Positions 30,000-40,525 of a DNA stretch of 64,000 nucleotides are shown here, piece after piece. Made by a program: the position numbers and the translations under genes. A model generated the notes under the pieces. It saw only the letters and a program-made list of their open reading frames with translations, was not told the origin of the DNA and did no database searches. Where the stretch lies: sequence record SRR22947725_2486. One strand, written 5' to 3'. How positions within the stretch are numbered: position 1 is the stretch's first letter; the number at the start of each line of letters is the position of its first letter.

Positions 30000-31322
30000 A
30001 TGAGTCATATTTTCCCTCGTCATACCAAAGACATTCCACCTACTGCTAGCTTTGGGGAAGGATGCTACTTAATAGATGATAAAGGGAAACGTTATTTTGA
30101 TGGCTCAGGGGGAGCAGCCGTTTCATGCCTAGGCCACGGAGATCAAGAAATCATTTCTGCAATAAAAAACCAAGTTGATAAACTTGCGTTTGCGCATACT
30201 CGTTTTTTTACTTCTGACCCTGCTGAAAATTTAGCTGACCTTCTAATTAAAAATGCACCTGGGGATATAGATAGGGTGTACTTCGTCTCAGGTGGTTCTG
30301 AGGCAGTTGAAGCTTCTATAAAGCTTGCAAGACAATATCATTTAGAAAAAGGTGATCTAAATAGAAAACACATCATAGCTCGCCGTCAAAGCTATCATGG
30401 AAACACTCTAGGTGCGCTTGCGGTAGGTGGAAATGAATGGCGCAGAAAACAGTTTTCTCCATTACTAATTAATATTAGCCATATTGCACCTTGTTACGAG
30501 TATATCGATAAAAGTGACTCGGAAAGTAGCTTTGACTATGGCCAGAGGGCAGCCCAAGAGCTCGAAGATGAAATTCTTAGGCTTGGTAAAGATGAAGTAA
30601 TCGCCTTTATAGCTGAACCAGTTGTAGGGGCAACTCTTGGAGCGGTTCCCGCGGTAAAAGACTATTTTAAACGTATACGTGAAATTTGCGATAAATATGG
30701 GGTTCTTCTCATATTAGATGAAGTGATGTGTGGTATGGGACGAACTGGCTACTTATTTGCTTGTGAAGCCGAAAATATAAACCCAGACATATTATGTATC
30801 GCAAAAGGTTTGGGGGCTGGCTATCAGCCAATTGGCGCCATGCTTTGTAGCTCCAGGATTTATGACGCAATTAAACATGGATCAGGTTTTTTTCAACATG
30901 GACATACCTATATAGGCCATCCAGTTGCAACAGCCGCCGGCTTAGCTGTTGTAACTGCGCTATTAGATCGAGGTTTAATAGATCAGGTAAAGACAATGGG
31001 TGATAAGCTTAATCTCGCACTCAAAAAAGAACTAGGTCAACATCCAAATGTTGGAGATATACGCGGTAGAGGTCTTTTTCAAGGCATAGAGTTAGTAGAA
31101 GATAGAGAAACTAAGAAACCATTTGCACCCTCATTAGCGATATCAAAGAAAATAAAAGATTTAACTTTTAAGGCAGGGCTTATTTGCTATCCAATGTCTG
31201 GAACACGTGACGGCATAAATGGGGATCACATACTATTGGCACCACCTTATATCATTAACGATTCACAAATAGACGAGGTTGTAGGGAAACTATCATTATC
31301 TATTTCTCAACTAATTAATTAA
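30000..31322 (+). CDS. class III PLP aminotransferase
   Basis: SGGSEAVE, SYHGNT, DEVMCGMGRTG, AKGLGAGY and HGHTY motifs. Confidence 0.92.
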   Translation: MSHIFPRHTKDIPPTASFGEGCYLIDDKGKRYFDGSGGAAVSCLGHGDQEIISAIKNQVDKLAFAHTRFFTSDPAENLADLLIKNAPGDIDRVYFVSGGSEAVEASIKLARQYHLEKGDLNRKHIIARRQSYHGNTLGALAVGGNEWRRKQFSPLLINISHIAPCYEYIDKSDSESSFDYGQRAAQELEDEILRLGKDEVIAFIAEPVVGATLGAVPAVKDYFKRIREICDKYGVLLILDEVMCGMGRTGYLFACEAENINPDILCIAKGLGAGYQPIGAMLCSSRIYDAIKHGSGFFQHGHTYIGHPVATAAGLAVVTALLDRGLIDQVKTMGDKLNLALKKELGQHPNVGDIRGRGLFQGIELVEDRETKKPFAPSLAISKKIKDLTFKAGLICYPMSGTRDGINGDHILLAPPYIINDSQIDEVVGKLSLSISQLIN

Positions 31323-31372
31323 ACGTTAAAAATGTTACTAGTGGGTTGCCTTAAATAATAAGAAAATATCTT

Positions 31373-33001
31373 ATGAATAAAGAAAATATTAAAGAATTTG
31401 ATTATGTTATAGTTGGAGCTGGCGCTGCGGGTTCTATAGTTGCCGCCCGATTGGCAGAAAATCCAAAAACATCAGTATGTATAATTGAGGCTGGCCCAAG
31501 TGATAATAGGCCGTTTGTACGAATCCCTGCTGGGTTCACTAAAACCCTTACTCAAAGAAGTATTACTTGGCAGTTTAAAACTGAACCTTCTGAAAATACG
31601 TCAAACCGTCAAATAGCAACCACACAAGGTCGCCTACTTGGTGGGTCTGGATCAATAAATGGAATGATATATGTTCGAGGACAACCAGCCGATTACGATC
31701 ATTGGGCTCAGCTAGGAAATCACGGTTGGGGCTATGAGGATGTTCTCAACTATTTTTCACGCTCTGAAAGCCGAATTGGACAAGATGCGTCAGGCGTTCA
31801 TGGAAGAAATGGTGGCGTTCCAATAACAGATATGGACTGGTTTAATCCGATTTCTGAAGCATTTATAAATACTGCTGAAGAATATGGCCATATCCGAAAC
31901 CCAGACTATAACTCTGGTGTACAAGAAGGAGTCGGATATTTTCAAAGAGCGATTAATCGTGGTTTTAGAGTTAGTTCTGCAAGGGGAATACTTCGTCCAG
32001 TTCAGAAAAATCGCAATATTAAATTGATTTTAAATGCACGAGTAACAAATATCATATTTGAAGGTAAAATTGCAAAAGGCGTAAGTTTTATTAGGAGACG
32101 AAATGGTGCAATTACCTCAATAAATGCAAGACGAGAAGTAATAATATCAGCTGGGGCTGCTAATACAGCGAGGCTGATGCAAATTTCTGGGTTAGGTTCA
32201 GGCCAACTTCTACAAAACCTAGGTATAAAAGTAACTAAGAACCTTGAAGGCGTAGGTAATAATTTAATGGATCATTACGGCGCACGTATGGTTATGAGAG
32301 CAAATCCAAAATATGCAACGCTCAATGAACACTCAAAAGGTCCAAAGCTTGGGTTCCAAATAGCTAAGTGGCTTCTAGGAATGCCTAATATTTTGGCCTT
32401 AGTGCCGTCTCAAGTTTTCTTATTTTGTAAATCTCAGCCAGGCATTGATTTTGCCGACTTACAATGTGTCTTTACACCCGGTAGTTACAAAGAAGGAAAG
32501 CACTATGTTTTAGACAACTATCCAGGTGTAACTGGAGGATGGTGGCAACATAGACCACAAAGTCGTGGTTATGTTAGGGCTCAATCAAAGGATGTTTATA
32601 TTGATCCTATAATCAATCCAAATTATCTAGATGACCCTCATGATCAAGATACGATGGTAAGAGGTATGAAAATAGTTAGAGACTTACTCAATTCCCCATC
32701 GATGTCAAAATACTTAATAAATGAAGTAGTTCCAGGCATAAAGGTTCAAACCGATGAAGAGTTATTAGAATTTTGTAAAAACTTTGGGTCTACTTGCTAT
32801 CATTTGGTCGGAACAGCAAAAATGGGACAAAAGTTAGACTCGAAAGCCGTGGTAGATCAAAACCTTCGAGTCCACGGCATAAAAAATCTGCGTGTGATTG
32901 ATGCATCGGTTATGCCAATGATCCCATCAGGGAATACATATGCCGCAACAATGATGATTGCAGAAAAGGGTTCAGAGATAATAAAACAAAATGTAAAATA
33001 A
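31373..33001 (+). CDS. GMC family oxidoreductase
   Basis: VGAGAAG, GGSGSINGMIYVRG, GVGNNLMDH, YHLVGT and DASVMP motifs. Confidence 0.92.
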   Translation: MNKENIKEFDYVIVGAGAAGSIVAARLAENPKTSVCIIEAGPSDNRPFVRIPAGFTKTLTQRSITWQFKTEPSENTSNRQIATTQGRLLGGSGSINGMIYVRGQPADYDHWAQLGNHGWGYEDVLNYFSRSESRIGQDASGVHGRNGGVPITDMDWFNPISEAFINTAEEYGHIRNPDYNSGVQEGVGYFQRAINRGFRVSSARGILRPVQKNRNIKLILNARVTNIIFEGKIAKGVSFIRRRNGAITSINARREVIISAGAANTARLMQISGLGSGQLLQNLGIKVTKNLEGVGNNLMDHYGARMVMRANPKYATLNEHSKGPKLGFQIAKWLLGMPNILALVPSQVFLFCKSQPGIDFADLQCVFTPGSYKEGKHYVLDNYPGVTGGWWQHRPQSRGYVRAQSKDVYIDPIINPNYLDDPHDQDTMVRGMKIVRDLLNSPSMSKYLINEVVPGIKVQTDEELLEFCKNFGSTCYHLVGTAKMGQKLDSKAVVDQNLRVHGIKNLRVIDASVMPMIPSGNTYAATMMIAEKGSEIIKQNVK

Positions 33002-33101
33002 AAATATAGTGTTATTATTTACTAAGGAAATTTGATATTGATTTAAGGTATTAAATACATAACCATCTAAAGAGTAACCAAAAATAGGATTAAACTCATT
33101 T

Positions 33102-33269
33102 ATGACCTTTTCAGCTCATCTGGAATATTTATTTCATATCACTTGTGATGAATGTAAGTTTTATTGGACATATGCTGCAATGGAAAAAAGATTTGATATT
33201 ACAAAACGAAAATACAGCTGCCCTAATTGTGGGCACAAAGATGCCATAAAATTAAATGAGGAGTTGTAG
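33102..33269 (+). CDS. small putative zinc-ribbon protein (55 aa; not in ORF track)
   Basis: MTFSAHLEYLFHITCDECKFYWTYAAMEKRFDITKRKYSCPNCGHKDAIKLNEEL; CxxC plus CPxCG; AGGA upstream. Confidence 0.75.
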   Translation: MTFSAHLEYLFHITCDECKFYWTYAAMEKRFDITKRKYSCPNCGHKDAIKLNEEL

Positions 33270-33366
33270 CGAGTTATAGGCTAATTTGCTAATACATTTA
33301 GTTCCATGTCATCCGATGAGCTAAAAGTGCTGGGTAAGCTAGGTTTGAAAACATCGGAGTAAAATT

Positions 33367-35058
33367 ATGAGCACCCTAGAACGAGAGATATCCTGCGGTA
33401 AAGGTGATGAACTTGCCGACATAGTTTTACGTGGCGGTAAGATCTTTGATCTAATCACAGGTGAGTTGTTAGAGGGTGATGTAGCTATAGTTGGACAGAC
33501 TATTGTTGGAACATGCGATCACTATAATGCTAAAAAAATTATTGATGTTGATGGTTTAACCTTAGTTCCAGGTTTTATCGATACGCACCTGCATATTGAA
33601 AGTTCAATGTTAACCCCTTTTGAATTTGACCGTTGTGTCACACCGCGAGGTGTGACTACAGCAATATGTGATCCTCATGAAATTGCCAATGTAATTGGGC
33701 TAGATGGAATTAAATACTTTCAAAATGCTAGTGAATTTACTCTGATGGATATAAAAGTTCAATTATCTTCCTGTGTTCCCTCAACAGATATGGAAACGTC
33801 AGGAGCTAGTATAACTGCCGCAGAATTAAAAAGTGTTATGAATCATAGCAGTGGAATTGGCTTGGCAGAATTCATGAATTACCCAGGGGTCATAAATGGA
33901 GATCCACAGGTAATAAACAAGTTAAAATTATTTTATGGTCAACATATAGATGGACACGCACCACTCGTGTCCGGCACTGAGTTAAATGCATATATTACAG
34001 CTGGAATAAGTACTGAGCACGAGGCAACTACTGCGTCAGAAGCTTTAGAAAAGTTAAAAAAAGGTATGCGAATACTTATTAGGGAAGGCTCAGTCAGCAA
34101 AGATTTAGATGCCTTAGCCGAAATTCTAACAGAACGAACATCACCATATATTTGTTTATGTACAGATGATCGTAACCCTTTAGATATCGCAGAGTATGGC
34201 CATATAGATTATATGATCAGAAAACTGATCTCTAAAGGAATATCCCCTTTAGCTGTTTATCGAGCAGCATCTATTTCAGGAGCCGAGGCATTTGGTTTAA
34301 AGGACAGAGGCTTAATTTCTCCAGGGAAACGTGCTGACATTGTTGCGTTATCTGACCTGAAGGAATGTAACATAAAGTTGGTAGTATGCGGTGGCAAACC
34401 TATAGATAGAGAATCCTTTTCTACTCAAAAAACGCTTCCACCCGTTGGAAGGTACTCTGTAAATCCTCCAACAATCTATACTACTAGTTTCTGTACATCT
34501 GAAACTACAGAGGAAACAAATGTGATTGGAATACTAGAAGGTAAAATTCTGACCGATCACCTAAAAGAGAACATCGCAATAGTTAATGGTGACAAGCTAC
34601 CGGACATATCACGTGACCTACTTAGAGTTACAGTAATTGAAAGGCATGGAAAAAATGGTAATGTCTCAAATGGCTTTGTGAAAGGGTTTGGTTTGAAGTC
34701 CGGGGCAATAGCCTCGACAGTTTGTCACGATCATCACAATATTATATCCGTTGGTGTTAACTATGCCGATATGGAATTAGCAATTAAACATCTTAGTAAG
34801 ATTGAAGGCGGGTTTGTAATAGCATCTGAAGGAAAAGTTTTAGCAGAATTGGCCTTACCAATTGCCGGGTTAATAAGTATGCAATCCTTTGAGTTAGTAC
34901 AAAGTCAACTATCGAAACTCAGAAGAATAGCCAGAAAACTAGGTGTAACCTTAGAGGAACCGTTTTTACAGTTAGCATTTCTTGCATTACCAGTGATTCC
35001 AAATTTGAAGATTACAGATAAAGGATTAGTGGATGTTAACAAATGTAAGCTCATATAA
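33367..35058 (+). CDS. ade: adenine deaminase
   Basis: [34 protein letters not shown] and HDHHN motifs. Confidence 0.95.
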   Translation: MSTLEREISCGKGDELADIVLRGGKIFDLITGELLEGDVAIVGQTIVGTCDHYNAKKIIDVDGLTLVPGFIDTHLHIESSMLTPFEFDRCVTPRGVTTAICDPHEIANVIGLDGIKYFQNASEFTLMDIKVQLSSCVPSTDMETSGASITAAELKSVMNHSSGIGLAEFMNYPGVINGDPQVINKLKLFYGQHIDGHAPLVSGTELNAYITAGISTEHEATTASEALEKLKKGMRILIREGSVSKDLDALAEILTERTSPYICLCTDDRNPLDIAEYGHIDYMIRKLISKGISPLAVYRAASISGAEAFGLKDRGLISPGKRADIVALSDLKECNIKLVVCGGKPIDRESFSTQKTLPPVGRYSVNPPTIYTTSFCTSETTEETNVIGILEGKILTDHLKENIAIVNGDKLPDISRDLLRVTVIERHGKNGNVSNGFVKGFGLKSGAIASTVCHDHHNIISVGVNYADMELAIKHLSKIEGGFVIASEGKVLAELALPIAGLISMQSFELVQSQLSKLRRIARKLGVTLEEPFLQLAFLALPVIPNLKITDKGLVDVNKCKLI

Positions 35059-35101
35059 CTTAAAGTTATACTAAATAAGTTCTATATCTCTATTTTTTTA
35101 C

Positions 35102-35146
35102 ATAAAATTTTCTCCAATTTTTAATAATAGTTGGGAAAATTTTTAT
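35102..35146 (+). terminator. AT-rich inverted repeat after ade, possible terminator
   Basis: ATAAAATTTTCTCCAA ... TTGGGAAAATTTTTAT imperfect stem. Confidence 0.3.
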
Positions 35147-35266
35147 TATTTATTTATTCATAACAATATTATGAGATAAAATTTCATGAGTTATTTATTA
35201 TAAATACTCAAATAAAAAAAATTATGTATTTTTCTGTTTCTCACTTGATAAAAAGGCTCCATACAA

Positions 35267-36904
35267 ATGTCTTATTTCGATCTAGGATCTTTCCATCGTA
35301 ACTTCACAACTAATTCTAATGAAGCTCAAACTTGGTTAAATCGGGGGTTTGCATGGTTATTTGGTTTTAATCACGAGGAAGCTATCGTCTGCTTTGAAAA
35401 AGCTCTTAACTTAGATAAAACCTGCGTAATTGCCAACTGGGGCATAGCACATGCCATAGGCCCTAACTATAATAAGGTCTGGGAATTTTTTACTTATAAA
35501 GAAAAAATTAGTGCTCTCGAAAGAGCACATAAAGCCTTAAGTGAGGCAAAAGTTCACTATAAGAATGCTACAGAGGTAGAACGTGCAATGGTAAATGCGC
35601 TGGCTGAACGTTTTCCAACTGACCCCAACATAGAAGATTTTGCACCCTGGAATGATGCTTTTTCGAACGCCATGCGAAAAGTATATAAAGCGTTTCCAGA
35701 CGACCTTGAAGTGACTACCATTTTTGCAGAGGCTTTAATAAATCGTACACCTTGGAAGCTATGGGATTTAAAAAATAGAATTCCAGTAGAAGGAGCCTCA
35801 ACTGAGGAGGCACAAAAAATTCTTGAAAGAGCATTCTCCTCTCACCCAGAAGCATGGGATCATCCAGGATTACTCCATATGTATATTCATCTTATGGAAA
35901 TGTCGCCGACACCTGAAAAAGCATTGGTACATGGAGATAAGTTAGTTGATTTAGTTCCTGATTCTGGTCATCTTGTACATATGGCAACGCATATCGATGT
36001 TCTATGTGGTGATTATCAAAATGTAGTTTCACGAAATCACCGTGCAACAGAAGTAGACAAAAAATTTGTAGAATATGCCGGTTCTAAGAATTTCTATACT
36101 GTTTACCGAGTTCATAACCTCCACTTTAAAATATACGGAGCAATGTTTCTTGCTCAGCCAACACCGGCACTTTCAGCTGCAGCAGCACTCAAAGAAACTC
36201 TTCCCGAAAATGTAGTAAGACAAATACCAGAATTATTTGAAGCATTTATACCTATGAACCTACATGTATTGATCAGATTTGGCCGCTGGAATGAAATACT
36301 ATTGGAGAAGTTTCCTGATGACTTAGAGTTATACAGTTTTACAAATGCTATGTTAAGATACTCTCGAGCTATTGCTTTAGCTAATCTTGGTAAATTATCA
36401 GCTGCAAAAACAGAGAAGGATTTGTTCCTAACAGCAAAGAATGCAGTGCAAGAGGATAGAAACGTATTTAACAATTCTTGTGCTGATGTCTTAAATGTTG
36501 CCGAACAGATGGTCCTCGGAGAACTAGAGTACAAGTCAGGAAATACACAAAAAGGTTTAGACCATTTAAAAGTTGCTGTGCAAATAGATGACGAACTATT
36601 ATATGATGAACCCTGGGGCTGGATGCAACCAACTAGGCACGCATTAGGTGCGCTCCTCATGGATTCACAATTGTATGATGAAGCGGAAAAAGTTTACCGA
36701 GCAGATCTTGGTCTTGATCAAACCTTACCAAGAGCTTGCCAGCATCCACGCAATGTTTGGAGCCTTCATGGGCTAGACGAGTGCTTACGTCGTCGTGGAG
36801 AAACTGCTGAACGCACACATATAACTCTGTTATTAGATCAAGCTATAGTAAGAGCAGAAGTGCCGATTAAAAGCTCTTGCTTTTGTAGATCCAATGGACT
36901 CTAA
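35267..36904 (+). CDS. TPR-repeat helical protein with His-rich motifs, function unknown
   Basis: FNHEEAI..F, GPNYN, HPGLLHMYIHLME, GHLVHMATHID, YDEPWGWMQP and SSCFCR motifs. Confidence 0.8.
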   Translation: MSYFDLGSFHRNFTTNSNEAQTWLNRGFAWLFGFNHEEAIVCFEKALNLDKTCVIANWGIAHAIGPNYNKVWEFFTYKEKISALERAHKALSEAKVHYKNATEVERAMVNALAERFPTDPNIEDFAPWNDAFSNAMRKVYKAFPDDLEVTTIFAEALINRTPWKLWDLKNRIPVEGASTEEAQKILERAFSSHPEAWDHPGLLHMYIHLMEMSPTPEKALVHGDKLVDLVPDSGHLVHMATHIDVLCGDYQNVVSRNHRATEVDKKFVEYAGSKNFYTVYRVHNLHFKIYGAMFLAQPTPALSAAAALKETLPENVVRQIPELFEAFIPMNLHVLIRFGRWNEILLEKFPDDLELYSFTNAMLRYSRAIALANLGKLSAAKTEKDLFLTAKNAVQEDRNVFNNSCADVLNVAEQMVLGELEYKSGNTQKGLDHLKVAVQIDDELLYDEPWGWMQPTRHALGALLMDSQLYDEAEKVYRADLGLDQTLPRACQHPRNVWSLHGLDECLRRRGETAERTHITLLLDQAIVRAEVPIKSSCFCRSNGL

Positions 36905-36984
36905 GCTTAGTAAAACCACAATTGAGAAATATTAGAAAATTCTTTTAAGAATCTACTCTGTTTAATTAAAATATTACTGCCTAA

Positions 36985-37908
36985 TTAAGTAATAATTTTT
37001 CTGGTCTCACGCCATAATATCAACCCGCCAGAACCAACTATTAATAAAACTCCTGGAAATAATGTTTCAATTGGAAACTCTCCAAAGAATGCCCAGCCAA
37101 ACAGAAAAGAGGAAAGTATTCCAAAATATACAAATGGCGCCAGAACCGATGGCGCTACCATTCGATAAGCCAGCATCAAGAATAGCACCCCAACTCCTCC
37201 AAGAATAGACATCGTAACAATCATAAATAAATGAAAAGAAGATATGATGGGCGTAAAGTCTGTCGTAAATGCAGCCAATACAACTGCACCAATAGCAGCA
37301 GCAACCGACGAATATAGATATAGAACCGCGTTCGAAATACTTTTATCAAATTTAGGTAGAGTCGCTATAGAAAAGCCATAAAAGAATGCGGCCCCAATAG
37401 GGAGAATAGCATATATTGAAAAAGCTTCAGTTCCTGGTTTTAAAATTAGCATTGCTCCAACAAATCCAAAAAATAATGCACCCCAACGCCAAATCCCTAC
37501 TTTTTCACCCAATAGAATTACTGACAAAATGACCACAAAAAAAGCATTTGTCTGGCCCAACGTTGATACAGTTGCGAGCTCTAGAAAACCTATTGAAGAA
37601 TAGTAACATAACTGTGCAAGGGCTACAGAAAATCCACGTAATAAAGCTAATTTCCATTGATTAATTACTAGAGATGGTCCCCTAAAACGTAGCTCTTTTG
37701 TTGCAATTAACAAAAGTATACTAGGTACAATGCCAATAACATTTCTATAAGCAGAAAGTTCCTGAGCATTATAGTCTTTTAGTAAGATCCTAATAAATAC
37801 AGACATTAGATCAAAGCACGTAATTGCCAAAAATAGTAGGCCTATTGCCTTAAGCGTTTTTGATCTAACAGGTACAGTAACTTGATCTTTCACACAAAGT
37901 TTCTCCAA
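36985..37908 (-). CDS. DMT/EamA family transporter
   Basis: About 10 hydrophobic segments; LLGEKVGIWRW, GAMLILKPG and VLAPFVY motifs. Confidence 0.9.
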   Translation of the reverse strand: MEKLCVKDQVTVPVRSKTLKAIGLLFLAITCFDLMSVFIRILLKDYNAQELSAYRNVIGIVPSILLLIATKELRFRGPSLVINQWKLALLRGFSVALAQLCYYSSIGFLELATVSTLGQTNAFFVVILSVILLGEKVGIWRWGALFFGFVGAMLILKPGTEAFSIYAILPIGAAFFYGFSIATLPKFDKSISNAVLYLYSSVAAAIGAVVLAAFTTDFTPIISSFHLFMIVTMSILGGVGVLFLMLAYRMVAPSVLAPFVYFGILSSFLFGWAFFGEFPIETLFPGVLLIVGSGGLILWRETRKIIT

Positions 37909-38111
37909 AGAAGTTTTCCAATTACCTGAGAAGTGAGCCTTATTTTTGTAGATAGCAATAGTCTTTTAATTTTAAAAAATAATAAGAGTTTTTAGTATTT
38001 TTTTACTGCTATTAAAATTCGCAAGAGTTTTTTATTAGGAAATAATTGTTGACTAGATCAACGGCTTTCCCTTACCCTTACTCATTAGTATAATACATAG
38101 GAGGAAACATA

Positions 38112-38735
38112 ATGACAGCTATTTCAGTAAGAGAAATTACACCTATTGCAGGCAAAACCGATATACTAAAAAGTAGGATACTACGTGCAGTGAATATAAT
38201 GTCCCGTCATGGTGCAAATGCATGGGCGACACAGGTTCTAGCAGGTGAAGGCGCCAGTGACTTCCATATTTACGGTAGGTATAAAAACTTTAGTGATGCT
38301 GCCAAAGCTTTTACCTCATTTTCTAAAGACCCAGAAATGGTAGCGGTTCAGCAAGAAAGAGAGACGGATCAAGCCGGCCATATGAGAGGTCCATGGATTG
38401 GCCGATTAATGTTTAGCTCACCTGCAACGGGAACTGATATGCCGATATCAGTCCATAGAGATTTTCACATGCCAAAATCTAGTATTCCAGCGGTCATGGA
38501 ATTAGCTCCAAAATTTGCAAATGCATTAGAACCAATGGGGGTAGAGATGGCAATTGGGCCACAACTTATGGGCCATGACCACGAAATGTTTAGATCGATT
38601 TACAGGTTCTCTTCAATAGAGCATTGGGGCGAATGTGTTGATAAGATGCTTAGTAGTGAAGAGCTACAGTCACTATTTAAACAAGCTGGTGAACTTGGGA
38701 CTTTAAAAACCTCTCGAATGATGACTAAAATTTAA
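38112..38735 (+). CDS. hypothetical protein, probable tandem NIPSNAP/Dabb-like domains
   Basis: AGGAGG RBS; two ~100 aa halves with a similar beta-alpha-beta-beta-alpha pattern. Confidence 0.7.
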   Translation: MTAISVREITPIAGKTDILKSRILRAVNIMSRHGANAWATQVLAGEGASDFHIYGRYKNFSDAAKAFTSFSKDPEMVAVQQERETDQAGHMRGPWIGRLMFSSPATGTDMPISVHRDFHMPKSSIPAVMELAPKFANALEPMGVEMAIGPQLMGHDHEMFRSIYRFSSIEHWGECVDKMLSSEELQSLFKQAGELGTLKTSRMMTKI

Positions 38736-38743
38736 TAAAAACT

Positions 38744-38779
38744 TAGGGGGTTTGCCTAAAAGTGAGAGTAAACCCCCTA
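38744..38779 (+). terminator. intrinsic terminator-like hairpin
   Basis: TAGGGGGTTTGC / GTAAACCCCCTA 12-bp stem with one G-U pair, just after the stop at 38735. Confidence 0.7.
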
Positions 38780-39136
38780 TCTATTAAAAAACTATTATGT
38801 TTTTGGGGTGTTAGCTAACGTTGAGATATGTAATCTAATTTCTTTAGATAAATTAGCCATATTATAAGCTAAAATTAAAAAATTTTAACCTATCCTCGAA
38901 ACTAATCTTTTTAGAAATACTAAGTTCTTGCGAAATTAAAACCTTATACATTGCAAGTCATCAATTCAACCGACGCTTCATATATATCAATTTATCAAAA
39001 GAAACCCTAGAGGTATATCAGCCCACATTAGATAACTATAAAATTTCTAGTATCCAAAAATAGTTAACAAAAACGATTATTGTGGTAAGAAAGCATGTAA
39101 TGTTTAACTAAAATTTTAAAATAAAAGGAATAATTA

Positions 39137-39340
39137 ATGAAAAATTTTTGGATAACCTGGGCGGCTGTGTTTGCTTATAGCATGTACGTCACCGTACCAG
39201 ACATTTCGAATGCAACTTCAAAAGTATTAATTAATAAAGGCTTATATGCTGCCGGGACCTCATTTTTAATAGCCATAGTTGCTATCGGAGCTACTTGGGG
39301 TATAAAAAAACTGATACGCATGCTCTCAGAAAAGTCCTAA
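39137..39340 (+). CDS. small hypothetical membrane protein
   Basis: AAGGA RBS, two hydrophobic segments, basic C-terminus. Confidence 0.6.
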   Translation: MKNFWITWAAVFAYSMYVTVPDISNATSKVLINKGLYAAGTSFLIAIVAIGATWGIKKLIRMLSEKS

Positions 39341-39434
39341 CCAGTAAGTTTAATATTTAGATCAAGTTAAATAATTAAAGTAAAATAAATGAAACATCAG
39401 TAGTTAAACGCTAAAGATCTCTAAACTTATTAAA

Positions 39435-40448
39435 ATGGAGACCAAAATGAGTATTTACCAAGCGAACGGATCACCTCCATTCAATATAACAAGGGCCAGC
39501 CATATTGTGTTAACTAGCAAGGACTTGGACAAAACAAGATATTTCTATGAAACAGCAATTGGTCTTGAAATTACTCACCACGACAATAACAGTCTATACC
39601 TTCGAGCCTTAGAAGAGACCTCTCATCACTCGCTTGTATTTCATAGATCAGATGATCCAGCAGTCTGTAAACGCATGGGGTATCGCGTATACAAAGACGA
39701 AGATCTTGATTTAGCCTATAACCACTTTAATTCAAACGGTATTAATGTCAGTTTCGTTGAATCCCCTTTTCAAGGACGAACTCTGCATGTGAATGACCCC
39801 TTGGGTGTGCCGCTCGAATTTTGCGCGACAATGAAACAAAGTCCATCACTAATGCAAACCTTTCACAAGCATCATGGGGCATGCCCCGCCAGTCTTGATC
39901 ATGTCCAAATAGCTACTCATGATGTGGAAACTGCACTTCGTTGGTATAGTGATCTTGGCTTTCGTTTAACCGAATATACTGCTGATGATGTTACAGATAA
40001 AGTTTGGGGAGTATGGCTCAAAAGAAAAAATAATACTCAGGATGTTGTATTTAGTGCTGGGCTCGGTCCACGTTTACACCATTTCGCCTATAACGTTCCG
40101 GAAGTTGCAAGTATTATTCACGTATGTGATGTAATGTCTTCTCTTGGTTTAGCACACACAATGGATCGTGGCCCAGGCAGACATGGCATAGCAAATGCAA
40201 TGTTTGTATATTTCCGAGATCCAGATGGGCATCGGGTAGAATTGTTTACTAGCCACTATCAGTATATTGATAGCGATTTAACTCCAAAACGCTGGTCATT
40301 AACAGATACTAGCCGCTCTCAATTATGGGGACTCCCGGCTACTGAAAGATGGTTTTATGAAGCAACAAATTTTGATGGAGCTGACCTAAAGGAACCTTTA
40401 CTAAATGCAAAACCAGTTACCTTGGAATCTTTTTTGGAGAAAACTTAA
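39435..40448 (+). CDS. hpaD: 3,4-dihydroxyphenylacetate 2,3-dioxygenase (VOC extradiol dioxygenase)
   Basis: FNITRASH, LDHVQ, GPRLHHFA, RGPGRHG and YFRDPDGHRVE motifs; start may be 39447. Confidence 0.82.
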   Translation: METKMSIYQANGSPPFNITRASHIVLTSKDLDKTRYFYETAIGLEITHHDNNSLYLRALEETSHHSLVFHRSDDPAVCKRMGYRVYKDEDLDLAYNHFNSNGINVSFVESPFQGRTLHVNDPLGVPLEFCATMKQSPSLMQTFHKHHGACPASLDHVQIATHDVETALRWYSDLGFRLTEYTADDVTDKVWGVWLKRKNNTQDVVFSAGLGPRLHHFAYNVPEVASIIHVCDVMSSLGLAHTMDRGPGRHGIANAMFVYFRDPDGHRVELFTSHYQYIDSDLTPKRWSLTDTSRSQLWGLPATERWFYEATNFDGADLKEPLLNAKPVTLESFLEKT

Positions 40449-40525
40449 TGAAATTAGGCACTATTGGCATTAATATTCAGCCTCTTGTAAGGCTCGAGAT
40501 ATCTAGACAGAACTTCAAACAATGA
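40448..40525 (+). pseudogene. 25-codon ORF, probable deletion remnant between hpaD and the RidA gene
   Basis: MKLGTIGINIQPLVRLEISRQNFKQ*; TAATG overlap with hpaD and ATGA overlap with the RidA gene. Confidence 0.45.

Noticed and set aside
33001-33366. Purine riboswitch upstream of ade
   Set aside because: No purine-aptamer consensus recognised; the space is better explained by the zinc-ribbon ORF
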